A program made the position numbers and the translations under genes. DNA of 64,000 nt, from contig CATNEN010000001.1 of assembly GCA_950097015.1 (NCBI GenBank), positions 8,432,001 to 8,496,000 on the forward strand, read 5' to 3'. Each line of letters opens with the position of its first letter. Within the stretch, counting starts at the first letter, position 1. This stretch comes from Macrostomum hystrix (taxonomy: Eukaryota > Animalia > Platyhelminthes). A model generated the notes under the pieces. The model did not search any database. It worked only from the letters and a program-made list of their open reading frames with translations, and was not told the DNA's origin. Below are positions 1-11,793 of the stretch, in pieces.

Positions 1-409
1 TTGATTGAATTGCCTGTTACCACTGTAATTGTTTTTAAAACACTTCAATTTTCTGTCTTGTGTCACGCTCGATTTAATTTACTATTTGTAACTTTTCTAG
101 TTCCTGGGTAATTGTGGTGTTTTGAAATTACGCATAAAATTTTCAAAAAAGGATTTAAATACACACTGCATGCATGATGCCGCCCAATTTTCGTTCCAAA
201 AACAGTTTTATTTTATTGCAGAGTATCAAAGTGTTTTGTTACATTTTTAGTTTACTAAACTAATAAAATATCTAGGTGTAAAAATATCGTTAGTCAAAAG
301 TAATTTAACAACTTTTTGTAGTGTCTTTACACTTGTTCATCAGTCCACAAGATATGTATGCGTTTCCTTTTCAATTATTATTCACTCCTTTCACTCCAGT
401 CACTCTTTA

Positions 410-1518
410 TTCAGGGTCACTCATCACTCCTCAGTCACTCCTCAGCCACTCTTCAATCATCTCTCCTCAGTCACTCCTCAGCCACTATTCACTCTAGTCT
501 GTAGTCACTCTTCACTCATCTCTCCTCAGTCACTCCTCAGCCACTATTCACTCTAGTCTGTAGTCACTCTTCACTCATCACTCCTCAGTCACTCCTCAGC
601 CACTCTTCAATCATCTCTCCTCAGTCACTCCTCAGCCACTATTCACTCTAGTCTGTAGCCACTCTTCACTCATCTCTTCTCAGTCACTCCTCAGCCACTA
701 TTCACTCCAGTCTGTAGTCACTCTTCACTCATCTCTCCTCAGTCACTCCTCAGCCACTATTCACTCTAGTCTGTAGTCACTCTTCACTCATCTCTCCTCA
801 GTCACTCCTCAGCCACTATTCACTCTAGTCTGTAGTCACTCTTCACTCATCTCTTTTCAGTCACTCCTCAGCCACTATTCACTCTAGTCTGTAGTCACTC
901 TTCACTCATCTCTTCTCAGTCACTCCTCAGCCACTATTCACTCTAGTCACTCTTCACTCATCTCTTCTCAGTCACTCCTCAGCCACTATTCACTCTAGTC
1001 ACTCTTCACTCATCTCTTCTCAGTCACTCCTCAGCCACTATTCACTCTAGTCACTCTTTACCCATCACTCCTCAGCCACTATTCACTCTAGTCACTCTTC
1101 ACTCATCTCTTCTGAGTCACTCCTCAGCCACTATTCACTCTAGTCACTCTTCACTCATCTCTTCTCAGTCACTCCTCAGCCACTATTCACTCTAGTCACT
1201 CTTTACTCATCTCTTCTCAGTCACTCCTCAGCCACTATTCACTCTAGTCACTCTTTACCCATCACTCCTCAGTTACTCTTCACTCATCACTCCTCAGCCA
1301 CTCTTCACAATTGTCACTTTTCACTCTTCACTCTTCAGTCACTCCTTATTCACTCTTCACTCTAGTCACTCTTCACTCATCTCTCATCAGTCACTCCTCA
1401 GCCACTATTCACTCTAGTTACTCTTTACCCATCACTCCTCAGCCACTCTTCACAATTGTCACTTTTCACTCTTCACTCTTTAGTCACTCCTCAGTCACTC
1501 TTCCCTCTAGTCACTCTT
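410..1518. repeat. CT-rich minisatellite (~59-bp and ~52-bp units built on CACTC)
   Basis: Repeating CACTCTTCACTCATCTCTCCTCAGTCACTCCTCAGCCACTATTCACTCTAGT(CTGTAGT) units. Confidence 0.95.
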
Positions 1519-1651
1519 GACTATTACCTTAGTCATTGGTCACTATTCAAATTTGTTCAGCTTTCAAATAGACCTGTATCGAAATATTTATAAATATATA
1601 TTATTTATTTATTACGGATTCCAGCCACACAGCACTCCAGTATCGACCAAC

Positions 1652-2260
1652 ATGCAGCAGCAGCAGCAGCAGTCTCATTCACCCGTCAACTATCAGCGCT
1701 ACTATTTCTATCCTCTGCCTGATGGCACTGTACTACCATGCGTACTACACAATGGTCGCTTGTGCCCGATCGGGCCTCCAATAATCAATAACCAACGCCC
1801 TGTACCTCCGCCGCCGCCGCCACCACCGCCACCGCCTCAGGAGTCAGCTATCACTGCGCCAACTGATCCAACATCCATAGCCTTAGTTAAACAGCTTGGC
1901 CTGAGTGTATCTACCTTGCGCACTATGAAACACGAATTATTTGATAGTTGCACAGCTGACCAATCACTTTGCTCCCCGGCTAAGCTAGCTAGCCAATCGC
2001 AGCAGCTCTGGCGCGTGGCATCCGCCTCAAAAGTTGCCGTCACTTGTCGTCGGCCGCAGCCGCCGCTGCCCCCGGTTGTTGTTGACACTGGCAACGGTTT
2101 AGTTTCGTCGTTTAGTCGAAGAAAGTTTTCAATTTTCTCCACGTCATCTTCGTCTGTTGTCGCGGATCAAGCGCCGGCTAATCCTTCGCCAGTGTCTGTT
2201 CGCAATGGGTCCAGGCATTCCTCTTGGCGTAGAACAGAGAGCTCAACGCTGCTCAGATAA
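1652..2260 (+). CDS. Possible orphan ORF (polyQ, polyP, S/R-rich), function unknown
   Basis: ATG at 1652 in ORF 1517..2260; GC-richer than flanks; no recognisable domain. Confidence 0.25.
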   Translation: MQQQQQQSHSPVNYQRYYFYPLPDGTVLPCVLHNGRLCPIGPPIINNQRPVPPPPPPPPPPPQESAITAPTDPTSIALVKQLGLSVSTLRTMKHELFDSCTADQSLCSPAKLASQSQQLWRVASASKVAVTCRRPQPPLPPVVVDTGNGLVSSFSRRKFSIFSTSSSSVVADQAPANPSPVSVRNGSRHSSWRRTESSTLLR

Positions 2261-2484
2261 CAAAACATTTAGGGAGATTACAAAACTCTTTTATTGCCGT
2301 CTCTTGAGTCTCATTCCTTATCTCTGAAGAATAACTCGGATCTGGGCATGCCTGTTCGTTTTCCCATATTCTATCTATCCGCTATCTACCATCTCCCTAA
2401 CTCCCTAACGCCCCTCGTTCCGCTCTCTACAACCACTTTCCGCTCCCTCGCATCCGCTCTCTACCAATAATCGTTCCGCACTCA

Positions 2485-2872
2485 ACCACCAATCCCTTCG
2501 CTCTCTACTACCAATCCCTTCGCTCTCTACCACCAATCCTTCCGCTCTCTATCACCAATCCTTCCGCTCTCTACCACCAATCCTTCCGCTCTCTACCACC
2601 AATCCTTCCACTCTCTACCACCAATCCTTCCGCTCTCTACCACCAATCCTTCCGCTCTCTACTACCAATCCTTCCACTCTCTACCACCAATCCTTCCGCT
2701 CTCTACCACCAATCCTGTCGCTCTCTACCACCAATCCTTCCGCTCTCTACCACCAATCCTGTCGCTCTCTACCACCAATCCTTCCGCTCTCTACTACCAA
2801 TCCTTCCGCTCTCTACCACCAATCCTTCCGCTCTCTACCACCAATCCTATCTCTATCTATCTATCTCTATCT
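2485..2872. repeat. 22-bp minisatellite followed by short (TATC)n
   Basis: Tandem CCAATCCTTCCGCTCTCTACCA, ~16 copies. Confidence 0.95.
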
Positions 2873-3429
2873 GCCTCTCATTTGTCTAAGATTGCCTAGT
2901 CCATATCCCTGCACTGTCCTAATTTGGTTGTTGATGTTTTTACATATTTTTCTAGTAAAAAATGTTTAAGAATTATTTGGAAAATAAACAGGTTTGCGCA
3001 AATTTTATCGCCAAAAGTACCATGAAATCCAGTTTTTTGACGTTTCCATTTTTTATTGCCACTCAAATTCCTGGCATGCCCGGAATGAAAGGTTTTTACG
3101 TGTCAGTTTTTCTATAATTATTTAAACCAAAAGCCGTCCTTTTACCCCAAAGCATTGTTTTGTAATTCTCTTGCTATTTTCTCAGAGTTTCTCCGCTCTG
3201 CTTTTTGACGTAGCCGAAATAGAAAACAAACTCGCAAAACATATCAAGTGTAGTTTTTAAACCACGAATTAAATTATTTTTAGTTTAAATCCATCTGCCC
3301 ATCGCTCTACTATGAGTAGACTAGCTAGGAAAACTGCTTTGTATCGCCTAATTTATTTTCATTGCGTCGACAGCTTGCCCATTTCTCTATATAATAAGAA
3401 CGAGGTGACGATGTAATTAAGATAAATAT

Positions 3430-3620
3430 TGCAGTAGGGCTGCGGGTAATGGCACATCATTTCGTGACACTAGACCCGCAGCCAGCGAGGAGGCAATTCT
3501 GCCCATTCCGCTGAGGTGTGTACGTATGCCCTGACTTTCTCATTGTCAGGCAGTGTGTACACTCTCACTGTGCCTTGGAGGTTGGGCCTCAAACGCTTAA
3601 CTTACACAACATGCCCCCCA
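3430..3620 (-). mobile_element. SINE family 1, 3' fragment
   Basis: Matches the 3' part of the full copy at 15044-15396. Confidence 0.8.
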
Positions 3621-4331
3621 AATTATTCTGAATGTGTCTTTTTTCACATGACATTTTAAAAAAAATTGCTTGAAATTGTCGCTTTTGCCTACTTATCAGT
3701 AGTAGATAATATTTGTAATACATTTTAAGCACAAAATACTTTTTATACTATGCAATAGCTAAATGCACGCAATCACTATTTATTGTTGTTGTTTGTTGGC
3801 TTGTTTATTTCTGTTTTATTGTTGCTTTTTCGCAATTGCTTCGAATTTTCGCACCTACATTTGCGTTGAGCAGTTGTTTGTTGTTTTTAATTTAACTCTA
3901 CCAATTTTTTTATCTGCACTTTCCAAGCCTGATAATGTATTGCATTATTGGTGCTGTGCTGGTCTATTGAGTTTAGCAACTCGAATGCACTGGTGTTGTT
4001 CGCTTTTTTTAAAACATTTTTTGTATTACAAAATAAGCTTTTTAGCAACACGTTAACTCATTAGCCATGCTGTTGAATTCAAAAGGCAACTTATAAGTTT
4101 TTAACTGTTCCAAATAGTGTACCGAAGTTTTTAAAATAAATTAACAAAATACTCTTTTTGTGTGCAATTATAGTTGCTTATCTATTTTTAGGTGTCAACA
4201 AGTTGATAAACATTTATAAACAAATAAATAATAAAAACATAAAATCTAGATAAGGGATACGAAATTTAGGTAGCCTGAGTAAAAATTATTCAGGTCCAGA
4301 AAGGTAAAATATTTTGGTCTGTAAAAATGGA

Positions 4332-4832
4332 AGATTCAGGTGGCTGAAGTCCAAGATTCAGGTGGCTGAAGTCTGAGATTCAGGTGGCTGAAGTCCAAGA
4401 TTCAGGTGGCTGAAGTCTGAGATTCAGGTGGCTGAAGTCTGAGATTCAGGTGGCTGAAGTCTGAGATTCAGGTGGCTGAAGTCTAAGATTCAGGTGGCTG
4501 AAGTCTGAGATTCAGGTGGCTGAAGTCTAAGATTCAGGTGGCTGAAGTCTGAGATTCAGATGGCTGAACTCTGAGATTCAGATGGCTGAACTCTGAGATT
4601 CAGGTGGCTGAACTCTGAGATTCAGGTGGCTGAAGTCTAAGATTCAGGTGGCTGAAGTCTGAGATTCAGGTGGCTGAAGTCTGAGATTCAGGTGGCTGAA
4701 GTCTGAGATTCAGGTGGCTGAAGTCTAAGATTCAGGTGGCTGAAGTCTAAGATTCAGGTGGCTGAAGTCTAAGATTCAGGTGGCTGAAGTCTAAGATTCA
4801 GGTGGCTGAAGTCTAAGATTCAGGTGGCTGAA
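4332..4832. repeat. 22-bp minisatellite
   Basis: Tandem GATTCAGGTGGCTGAAGTCT(A/G)A, ~23 copies. Confidence 0.97.
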
Positions 4833-4883
4833 ATGAAGAGATTCAGTGTTAAAGGTTAAATGTTAGCTGATTAAGTCGATCAG

Positions 4884-7800
4884 CCCTTATTCATTCGCAC
4901 GCTGCAGCAGCAACAGCAGCAGCAGACGAGGATGTTCCTGCCGTCAACCTGCGCATCGATCGGCGATCCCCGTTCCCGATCGTCGTTTCTAGCTTCGCCA
5001 GTCAGCATTGGCCTCGGCGGCGGCCACCCAGCCGCTCCGTCTCCGTCGAAGCTTCGTCGCACAGCGGCCTCGGCCATCGGCAACGTCGGCCACGCCATGT
5101 CGACGCAGTCGCCGCTTCGCCTGAAGCCGATGGATTTCGCCTTCGCTCCCGAGTCACCGGTGCCATCGTCCATGCCGAGCAGACCAGCTGCGCGGCTTCG
5201 CTTCCCAGACTCGGTGAAGCACGCCTTTGACTCGGGCTTCGTCGATTTAAATCAGTGCGCCGCCGATTTCAGCCCGGCCGATGCCGGCTTCTGGCGCAGT
5301 CGGTCTCGTCGCGTTGCCTGGGGTCCGTCTGGCGAACTGCTGGCTATCGACGGACAGATGGTGTGTACCTTCTGCTGTTGTTTTGTTTTTTTCAATGCAT
5401 ATCGGTTGTACTATTGTTATATATTATCCTTAATTATCTAAATCTCGTATACAGATTTAGCTACAACTCGGCGAACTGAAGCACTAGAGAACTAAGTTTC
5501 TTGCTCAAATATATAAATTGTTTAAACTATTTGGCTAATCTTAGGCTAAGTAGGCTAATTTTTTATAAGATTCGATCTCCCGACCATATAAGAAGTCCGT
5601 AGCTATAAGAAATAGCTATTTAGCAAATTCGACGCATTTTTTAATTATCTTCCATCCATATCCGTGAAATAAAATAAAACCCGAAAGCTTTTTTTGGATT
5701 TCGAAGATATATAGTTTATTTTGCTTGCTTGGTTGATTTTAGATTTTTCGAAACATATCGGTTTAGGTTTAAAGTTTATTGTAATTTTAATAATTTTAGG
5801 CCGGCGAGTTATAACTTTCGCTGTGTCTTTCAGTTTATAAAACTTTAAGAACGTGGATAGGATGAGAAGTAACGTTACCCAGACTTCTATTAAACCGTGT
5901 CCTCAGGTGCATTTCACCAGCGTATTCGCGCCGGAACCATGTCGAGAAGCCAGCGTTCAAGAGGAGAATCTGCTCAACGCTGCTCTGGACACGTCAGTGT
6001 CAGATCGGGGCAGTAGCAGCGGTGGACTAATCAAGAATCGCGGCGACCAAACACCCGCCCATCTGCAATGCCCCCGCTGGGCGCCACAGCCAGGATTCGA
6101 ACCCCTGACCCAGTACCTTTCCGAATTGGAGTCCCAACCGGAGTGCGTCCTGTCCCGCCTGCTGACCCTAGCTAAGGCTCTCTGGTCTCCCCTTGAGCAG
6201 CCTGCCGATCTAGGAGCGGCTCCCGGCTCTGTAGAGGACGAGTTTCTAGCAGCACAGCTGCCTCGCAAGGAGGCCTTCACCGAGTGGGTCCAACGTCGGC
6301 CTTCAACCGCCGCCGCCGATGCTGTCGAATATGGTGACGAAAGCGAAGGCGAATGCGCGAACGCAATTTTTCGCCTACTGAGCGCCGGACAATTCACCGA
6401 AGCCTGCGCTCTGGCATTGAAAAAGCGGCATTATCGTCTGGCACTATTGTTGGGCCAGCCGCACACTGAGTCGGTGCGCGATCTCATTGCTCAACAGGTG
6501 GCCTGCTGGCAACAGACTGGGGCGAAAGACTTTATACCGGCTAGCGTTTGGCGACTCTACCGGCTATTATCTGGCGATGTTAATGGAACAGGTAGGAACT
6601 ATTGTTGGGCTATAATTTTTGCTATATTTCGTAGCCGATATGTATCGAAAAACATGTTAACACAAAAATTTCAACTTTTTTTGTTCAATGGTTTAAAAAA
6701 TAAAAACAATTTTTTTATTTTAATGTTAGGTTAAAAATATCGCAGTAAAATAGAAACCTTACTATTTAAATATATGGTTCTTGTGTTTGCAAAGCTTCTT
6801 TCGATCCCGATATGTTTTGAAAATCTTATCTCGTACTATATGTAGCATAGAATTTTTAATTGACTGAAGACAAAAAATACGAAGTTATTTATTTCTATGT
6901 AGCTGGTATTTATGTTTTCTATTTTATTTTTTAAGGTTTTTCTTTTCTCCCTTAACTACTGACCTAGTAGAAGTCAAATACGTGGCAATAATTTTACTTC
7001 TTAAAAAATTCTTATCACTTACTCAGAGGGCATGGATTGGACTCGCGCGTTCACACTCTACCTGTGGTTCGCTGTGCCATACGGCGACGGTCTCAACTCC
7101 GCTCTGCGCTCCTACAAAGCCGCTTTTAAACAATCAACGACTAACGACTCAGCGCCACCGCCACCGTCGCCGTTGAATCCGGAGCACGGCGGCTCCAGAT
7201 GGGACACGGCTTATCATCTGGTGCGGCTGCACTGCAAGCGAACCCACCGCCTGGCCAAACTGTTGGATCCGCGCGGCTACGGCTTGGATCCCATAGACTA
7301 TGGCCCAGCCTGGCACCTGTGGCGATGCTTGCGCGCTATTGGCTACAGCCATCTGACCGAGTCGGCGACTCAGGCTCTGCACTGCGGCTACGCTGCTAAA
7401 CTGGAGTCTCAGGGACTCTGGGATTGGGCTCTGTTTGTTCTGCTGCACATTGACGACGATTTGGCCAGGTGAAGATACTATGATTGTTGAAGCTTTTTAG
7501 AACTTCAAACTTCTTATCTAGAGGTCGGGAGTTCGAATCCAAACTTTAAGTATAGCATTTTTACATAAAATTGAAGCTATGTTTAGAACTTTAGACTTCT
7601 AATGGCCAAAAGATCAGGAGTTCGAATCCCAATTTCGGGTATAGCATTTTTATAGGCTTAAAGTTTTGCCTAGAACTTTAGGCTTATTATGGCCGAAGGG
7701 TCAGGAGTTCGAATCTCAACTTCAAGTATAGCATTTTTTCATATAATTGAAGCTTTGTTTAGAACTTTTAGACTTCTTATGATCGACAGGTCAGGAGTTC

Positions 7801-9953
7801 GAATCCCAGTCTTAAAAATGTTAAATGGTTAAATCTTATTACCGTTCTGCTTTTCTTTTAGAGAGCTTGGGAGTTCGAATTCCCTTATTAAGGAAAACAC
7901 GTTAAATATTTAAAAGATTTTAGCTTTGCTTAGAGCAATAGACATCTGACCGAGGTTTCGATTCCAAATTCATCCATCCAATCCAATCCCTCCAATCAGA
8001 ATACGAGCTGTCAGCGGCTGTCTCTGCCGACACCTGGGCACGGTGCGCGATCCGGCATTGCGCAATTTTCTAACCAAACAGCTCGGCCTGCCGATCGAAT
8101 GGCTGCACACAGCCTGGGCCCTGGCCTGCCGTTCTCGGGCTGTCAATTTATCGATCGACTTTTCGCCGGAGACCGACAGTGTTGAAGCCTTGCGCCGGAG
8201 AGAGGCCAAGCACTGGCTAGCAGCCGGACAGTGGCGACCGGCTCACGACATTCTGCTGAACTGGCTGGCTCCCAGCTGGCTTGTCGCCGGCCAGCTCAGC
8301 CGTGTCAGGCGTAGCCTCGCTCCGATTGGTCGCTTAGCCGGCGATCGGCAGGATTGGCAACTGGGCGGTCAGCTGTATTTGGACTTTCTAAAGCTATTGG
8401 ATCAATTGGATGGCGCTGAGAAGAGCCAGTTGGATCCGGAGGTTCGTCGGCATGACATAAAATTTCTTTTTGAATCAAATATTGAATCTAGGTGTCCTAA
8501 ATTTGCTACTCGTAGTAGAAAGTAAAGAATATTATTTTCATTTTTTTACAGTAGGTTATAATAGTTTTATTTGAAGTGTACATAAAAATATATACAGAAC
8601 ACATTTAGAAATATCCTGACACCAGGCTTGTAAGGCAGAGAGAGATGAGACAGGGGAGAGATAAGACGGGAAAGAGATAAGATGGAGGAGAGATAAGACG
8701 GAGGAGAGATAATACGGGGGAGAATTAAGACGGAGGAGAGATAAGACGGAGGAGAGATAAGACGGAGGAGAGAGAAGACGGGAGAGAGATAAGATGGAGG
8801 AGAGATAAGACGGAGGAGAGATAAGATGGAGGAGAGATTAGACGGAGGAGAGATAAGACGGAGGAGAGATAAGATGGAGGAGAGATAAGACGGAGGAGAG
8901 ATAAGATGGAGGAGAGATTAGACGGAGGAGAGATAGGACGGGGGAGAGATAAGACGGGGGAGAGATAGGACGGAGGAGAGATAAGATGGAGGAGAGATAA
9001 GACGGAGGAGAGATAAGACGGAGGAGAGATAAGACGGGGGAGAGATAAGACGGAGGAGAGATAAGACGGAGGAGAGATAAGACGGGGGAGTGATAAGACG
9101 GAGGAGAGATAAGACGGGGGAGAGATAGGACGGGGGAGAGATAAGACGGGGGAGAGATAGGACGGAGGAGAGATAAGATGGAGGAGAGATAAGATGGAGG
9201 AGAGATAAGATGGAGGAGAGATAAGACGGAGGAGAGATAAGACGGAGGAGAGATAAGACGGGGGAGAGATAAGACGGGGGAGAGATAAGATGGAGGAGAG
9301 ATAAGACGGAGGAGAGATAAGACGGAGGAGAGATAAGACGGGGGAGAGATAAGATGGAGGAGAGATAAGATGGAGGAGAGATAAGACGGAGGAGAGATAA
9401 GACGGGGGAGAGATAAGACGGAGGAGAGATAAGACGGAGGAGAGATAAGACGGAGGAGAGATAAGACGGAGGAGAGATAAGACGGAGGAGAGATAAGACG
9501 GGGGAGAGATAAGACGGGGGAGAGATAAGACGGAGGAGAGATAAGACGGAGGAGAGATAAGACGGGGGAGTGATAAGGCATAAGAGAGATATGAATGGGG
9601 AGAGGGCTTTGCAGTCCGGAGTTTGCTGACAAGTAGAATAACTACACTAAATTTTATAAGAATCTGTTGAAAAGCTCTATTAAAAATAGACTTCAAATTG
9701 AACCCAGGACGCCCAAGCCAATTTGGCATCGCTGTGCACTCGGGTGGCCGCCCTGCCCACTTCCACTGTGCTACAGCGCGTCTGCCAGACTGAATTGGCT
9801 CAACGCTGCGCTCACCTGTTGCGCGTCCTGCTGCCCGACTGCCCCGATAGGCAGGCCGCACTGCTGGGCCAGCTTAGCGGGCTGTGCTGTCCGTTGAGAT
9901 GCGCCGACTGTCTGCTCCATGGTCTCCTGCTGACTGATCGCGGCCAGTTGTAA
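4884..9953 (+). CDS. Nup96: Nuclear pore protein Nup96 (C-terminal moiety of Nup98-Nup96); 5' end uncertain
   Basis: Exons 4884-5360, 5907-6591, 7027-7468, 8000-8441, 9708-9953 with GT-AG sites and consistent phases (0,1,2,0). Motifs DAGFWRSRSRRVAWGP, HYRLALLLGQ, MDWTRAFTLYLWF, YAAKLESQGLWDWALFVLLHI and FLTKQLGLPIEWLHTA match Nup96 conserved blocks. Confidence 0.9.
7488..7968 (+). repeat. Degenerate ~85-bp tandem array of tRNA-like half-units in Nup96 intron 3
   Basis: 5-6 copies of AGAACTTTAGACTTCT...GGTCAGGAGTTCGAATCCC (Pol III B-box GTTCGAATC). Confidence 0.8.
8640..9630. repeat. 16-bp purine-rich minisatellite (GGAGGAGAGATAAGAC)n in Nup96 intron 4
   Basis: ~57 copies, followed by GAGAGGGCTTTGCAG..TTGCTGAC. 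Confidence 0.97.
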
Positions 9954-10129
9954 TAACTCAACTATCGGCTAAGCTGAACTTTCTTGTTCTACTACTATTA
10001 GTCAACTGCCTTTCTCCTGGCATTCTTAACCTTAGTGCTAATTTTGTGGCCTAGAAGATGATGAGACACGGGTACACTTATTGCAGGGCAGAATTGAGAC
10101 GCGGGAGATAAAATAATGAAAAAGGGCAG

Positions 10130-10742
10130 TAGAGGAGACAAAGGAGAGATGAGACACGGGGGAGATGAGACACGGGAGAGAAGAGACACGGGAGAGATGA
10201 GACACGGGAGAGAAGAGACACGGGAGAGATGAGACACAGGAGAGAAGAGACACGGGAGAGATGAGACACAGGAGAGAAGAGACACGGGAGAGATGAGACA
10301 CGGGAGAGATGAGACACGGGAGAGAAGAGACACGGGAGAGATGAGACACGGGAGAGATGAGACACGGGAAAGATGAGACACGGGAGAGATGAGACACAGG
10401 AGAGAAGAGACACGGGAGAGAAGAGACACGGGAGAGATGAGACACGGGAGAGAAGAGACACGGGAGAGATGAGACACGGGAGAGAAGAGACACGGGAGAG
10501 ATGAGACACAGGAGAGAAGAGACACGGGAGAGAAGAGACACGGGAGAGAAGAGACACGGGAGAGATGAGACACGGGAGAGAAGAGACACGGGAGAGATGA
10601 GACACGGGAGAGATGAGACACAGGAGAGAAGAGACACGGGAGAGAAGAGACACGGGAGAGATGAGACACGGGAGAGATGAGACACAGGAGAGAAGAGACA
10701 CGGGAGAGGGCTTTGCAGGCCGTTGCTGACCCATGTTCTAGT
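10130..10742. repeat. 16-bp purine-rich minisatellite (GGGAGAGATGAGACAC)n
   Basis: ~35 copies, with the same 3' flank GAGAGGGCTTTGCAG..TTGCTGAC as the 8.6-9.6 kb array. Confidence 0.97.
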
Positions 10743-11793
10743 ACTATAAAAACACTCGCAAAGCTGATTAGATATTTTTTATCTAGTTAATTAAATTCAC
10801 TCGAATCATATTCGCTAGTTTCATATTGAAGTTTTACTGTCATTGAAACATTTAAAACTTTGTGCTTTATTTATATTTAGAAAACACTGTTAATTATGCC
10901 TAACTACTTGAAGTAGCCGTTCATGAAAAGCATCTTGCATCGCTTGTAAATGCAAACAATCCTATGTCCCCTGACATTGAATATGCCCTCTATTTTGTAT
11001 TCTTCATCGCTTCGATAACTTGTGCGTATTAGTAAAGGCATTTACATTCATATATCACAAGTTTTTATAATGCAAAAAACATCAAATTATACGTGCGAAA
11101 TAAATAACAAAACATTAGATAATTTAGTTTTTAGTTTAATTTCATTAGTAATAGTTAGCGTTGAAGTTTTATTCTTAAATTTTTTTCCATGAAATCCATT
11201 AATTGACTTAGCATTTTTTCAACTTTATTATGGAAAAGCGGTGGGTTAATTAATGTTTAAAGTCAATTTTTAAGTCCAGCTCATGTTACTACTGATTAGT
11301 AGCAAATTTAGATGGCATCTTCATTTTCTTGGCAGAGTGGCGGACACCTTCGACTGAAAATGAGTTAGTTTATTATTGTAAGTCATAAATTTGTGTTTTT
11401 ATGAAAAAGACGCATTCTTTGCATTCCCTAGACAGCTGAAAAGTTGACAGTTTCTTATATTTCCCACATAAAATAAAGTCGAATTAATGGAGATATATCA
11501 GCCTATGACAGTCGCCTCTTGCCCATAGACAGTTGAAGCATGCGATAATTATTTATTCTAAGCGAGTATCAATACAGCACGCTCCAAATGTCTATGGCCA
11601 ATGTTAGGGCCAGTTTAGCAGGATAAACACAACAAGGTCTCTCTGCTGTTAATGTAACTAGACAGGCATCACTTGCACGCGACAAAAGGATTAGGGAATG
11701 TTGCAGACCCTCACTGATTGTAAATTATTTGATAGCTACAATGAGGAACCCAAGGAAACGATCCTTGTCCTGTCAGCAAATCTTACAAGCCCC

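Noticed and set aside
8725-10734. Long minus-strand ORFs (LISPPSYLSS..., SRVSSLPC...)
   Set aside because: Translations of stop-free minisatellites, open in several frames
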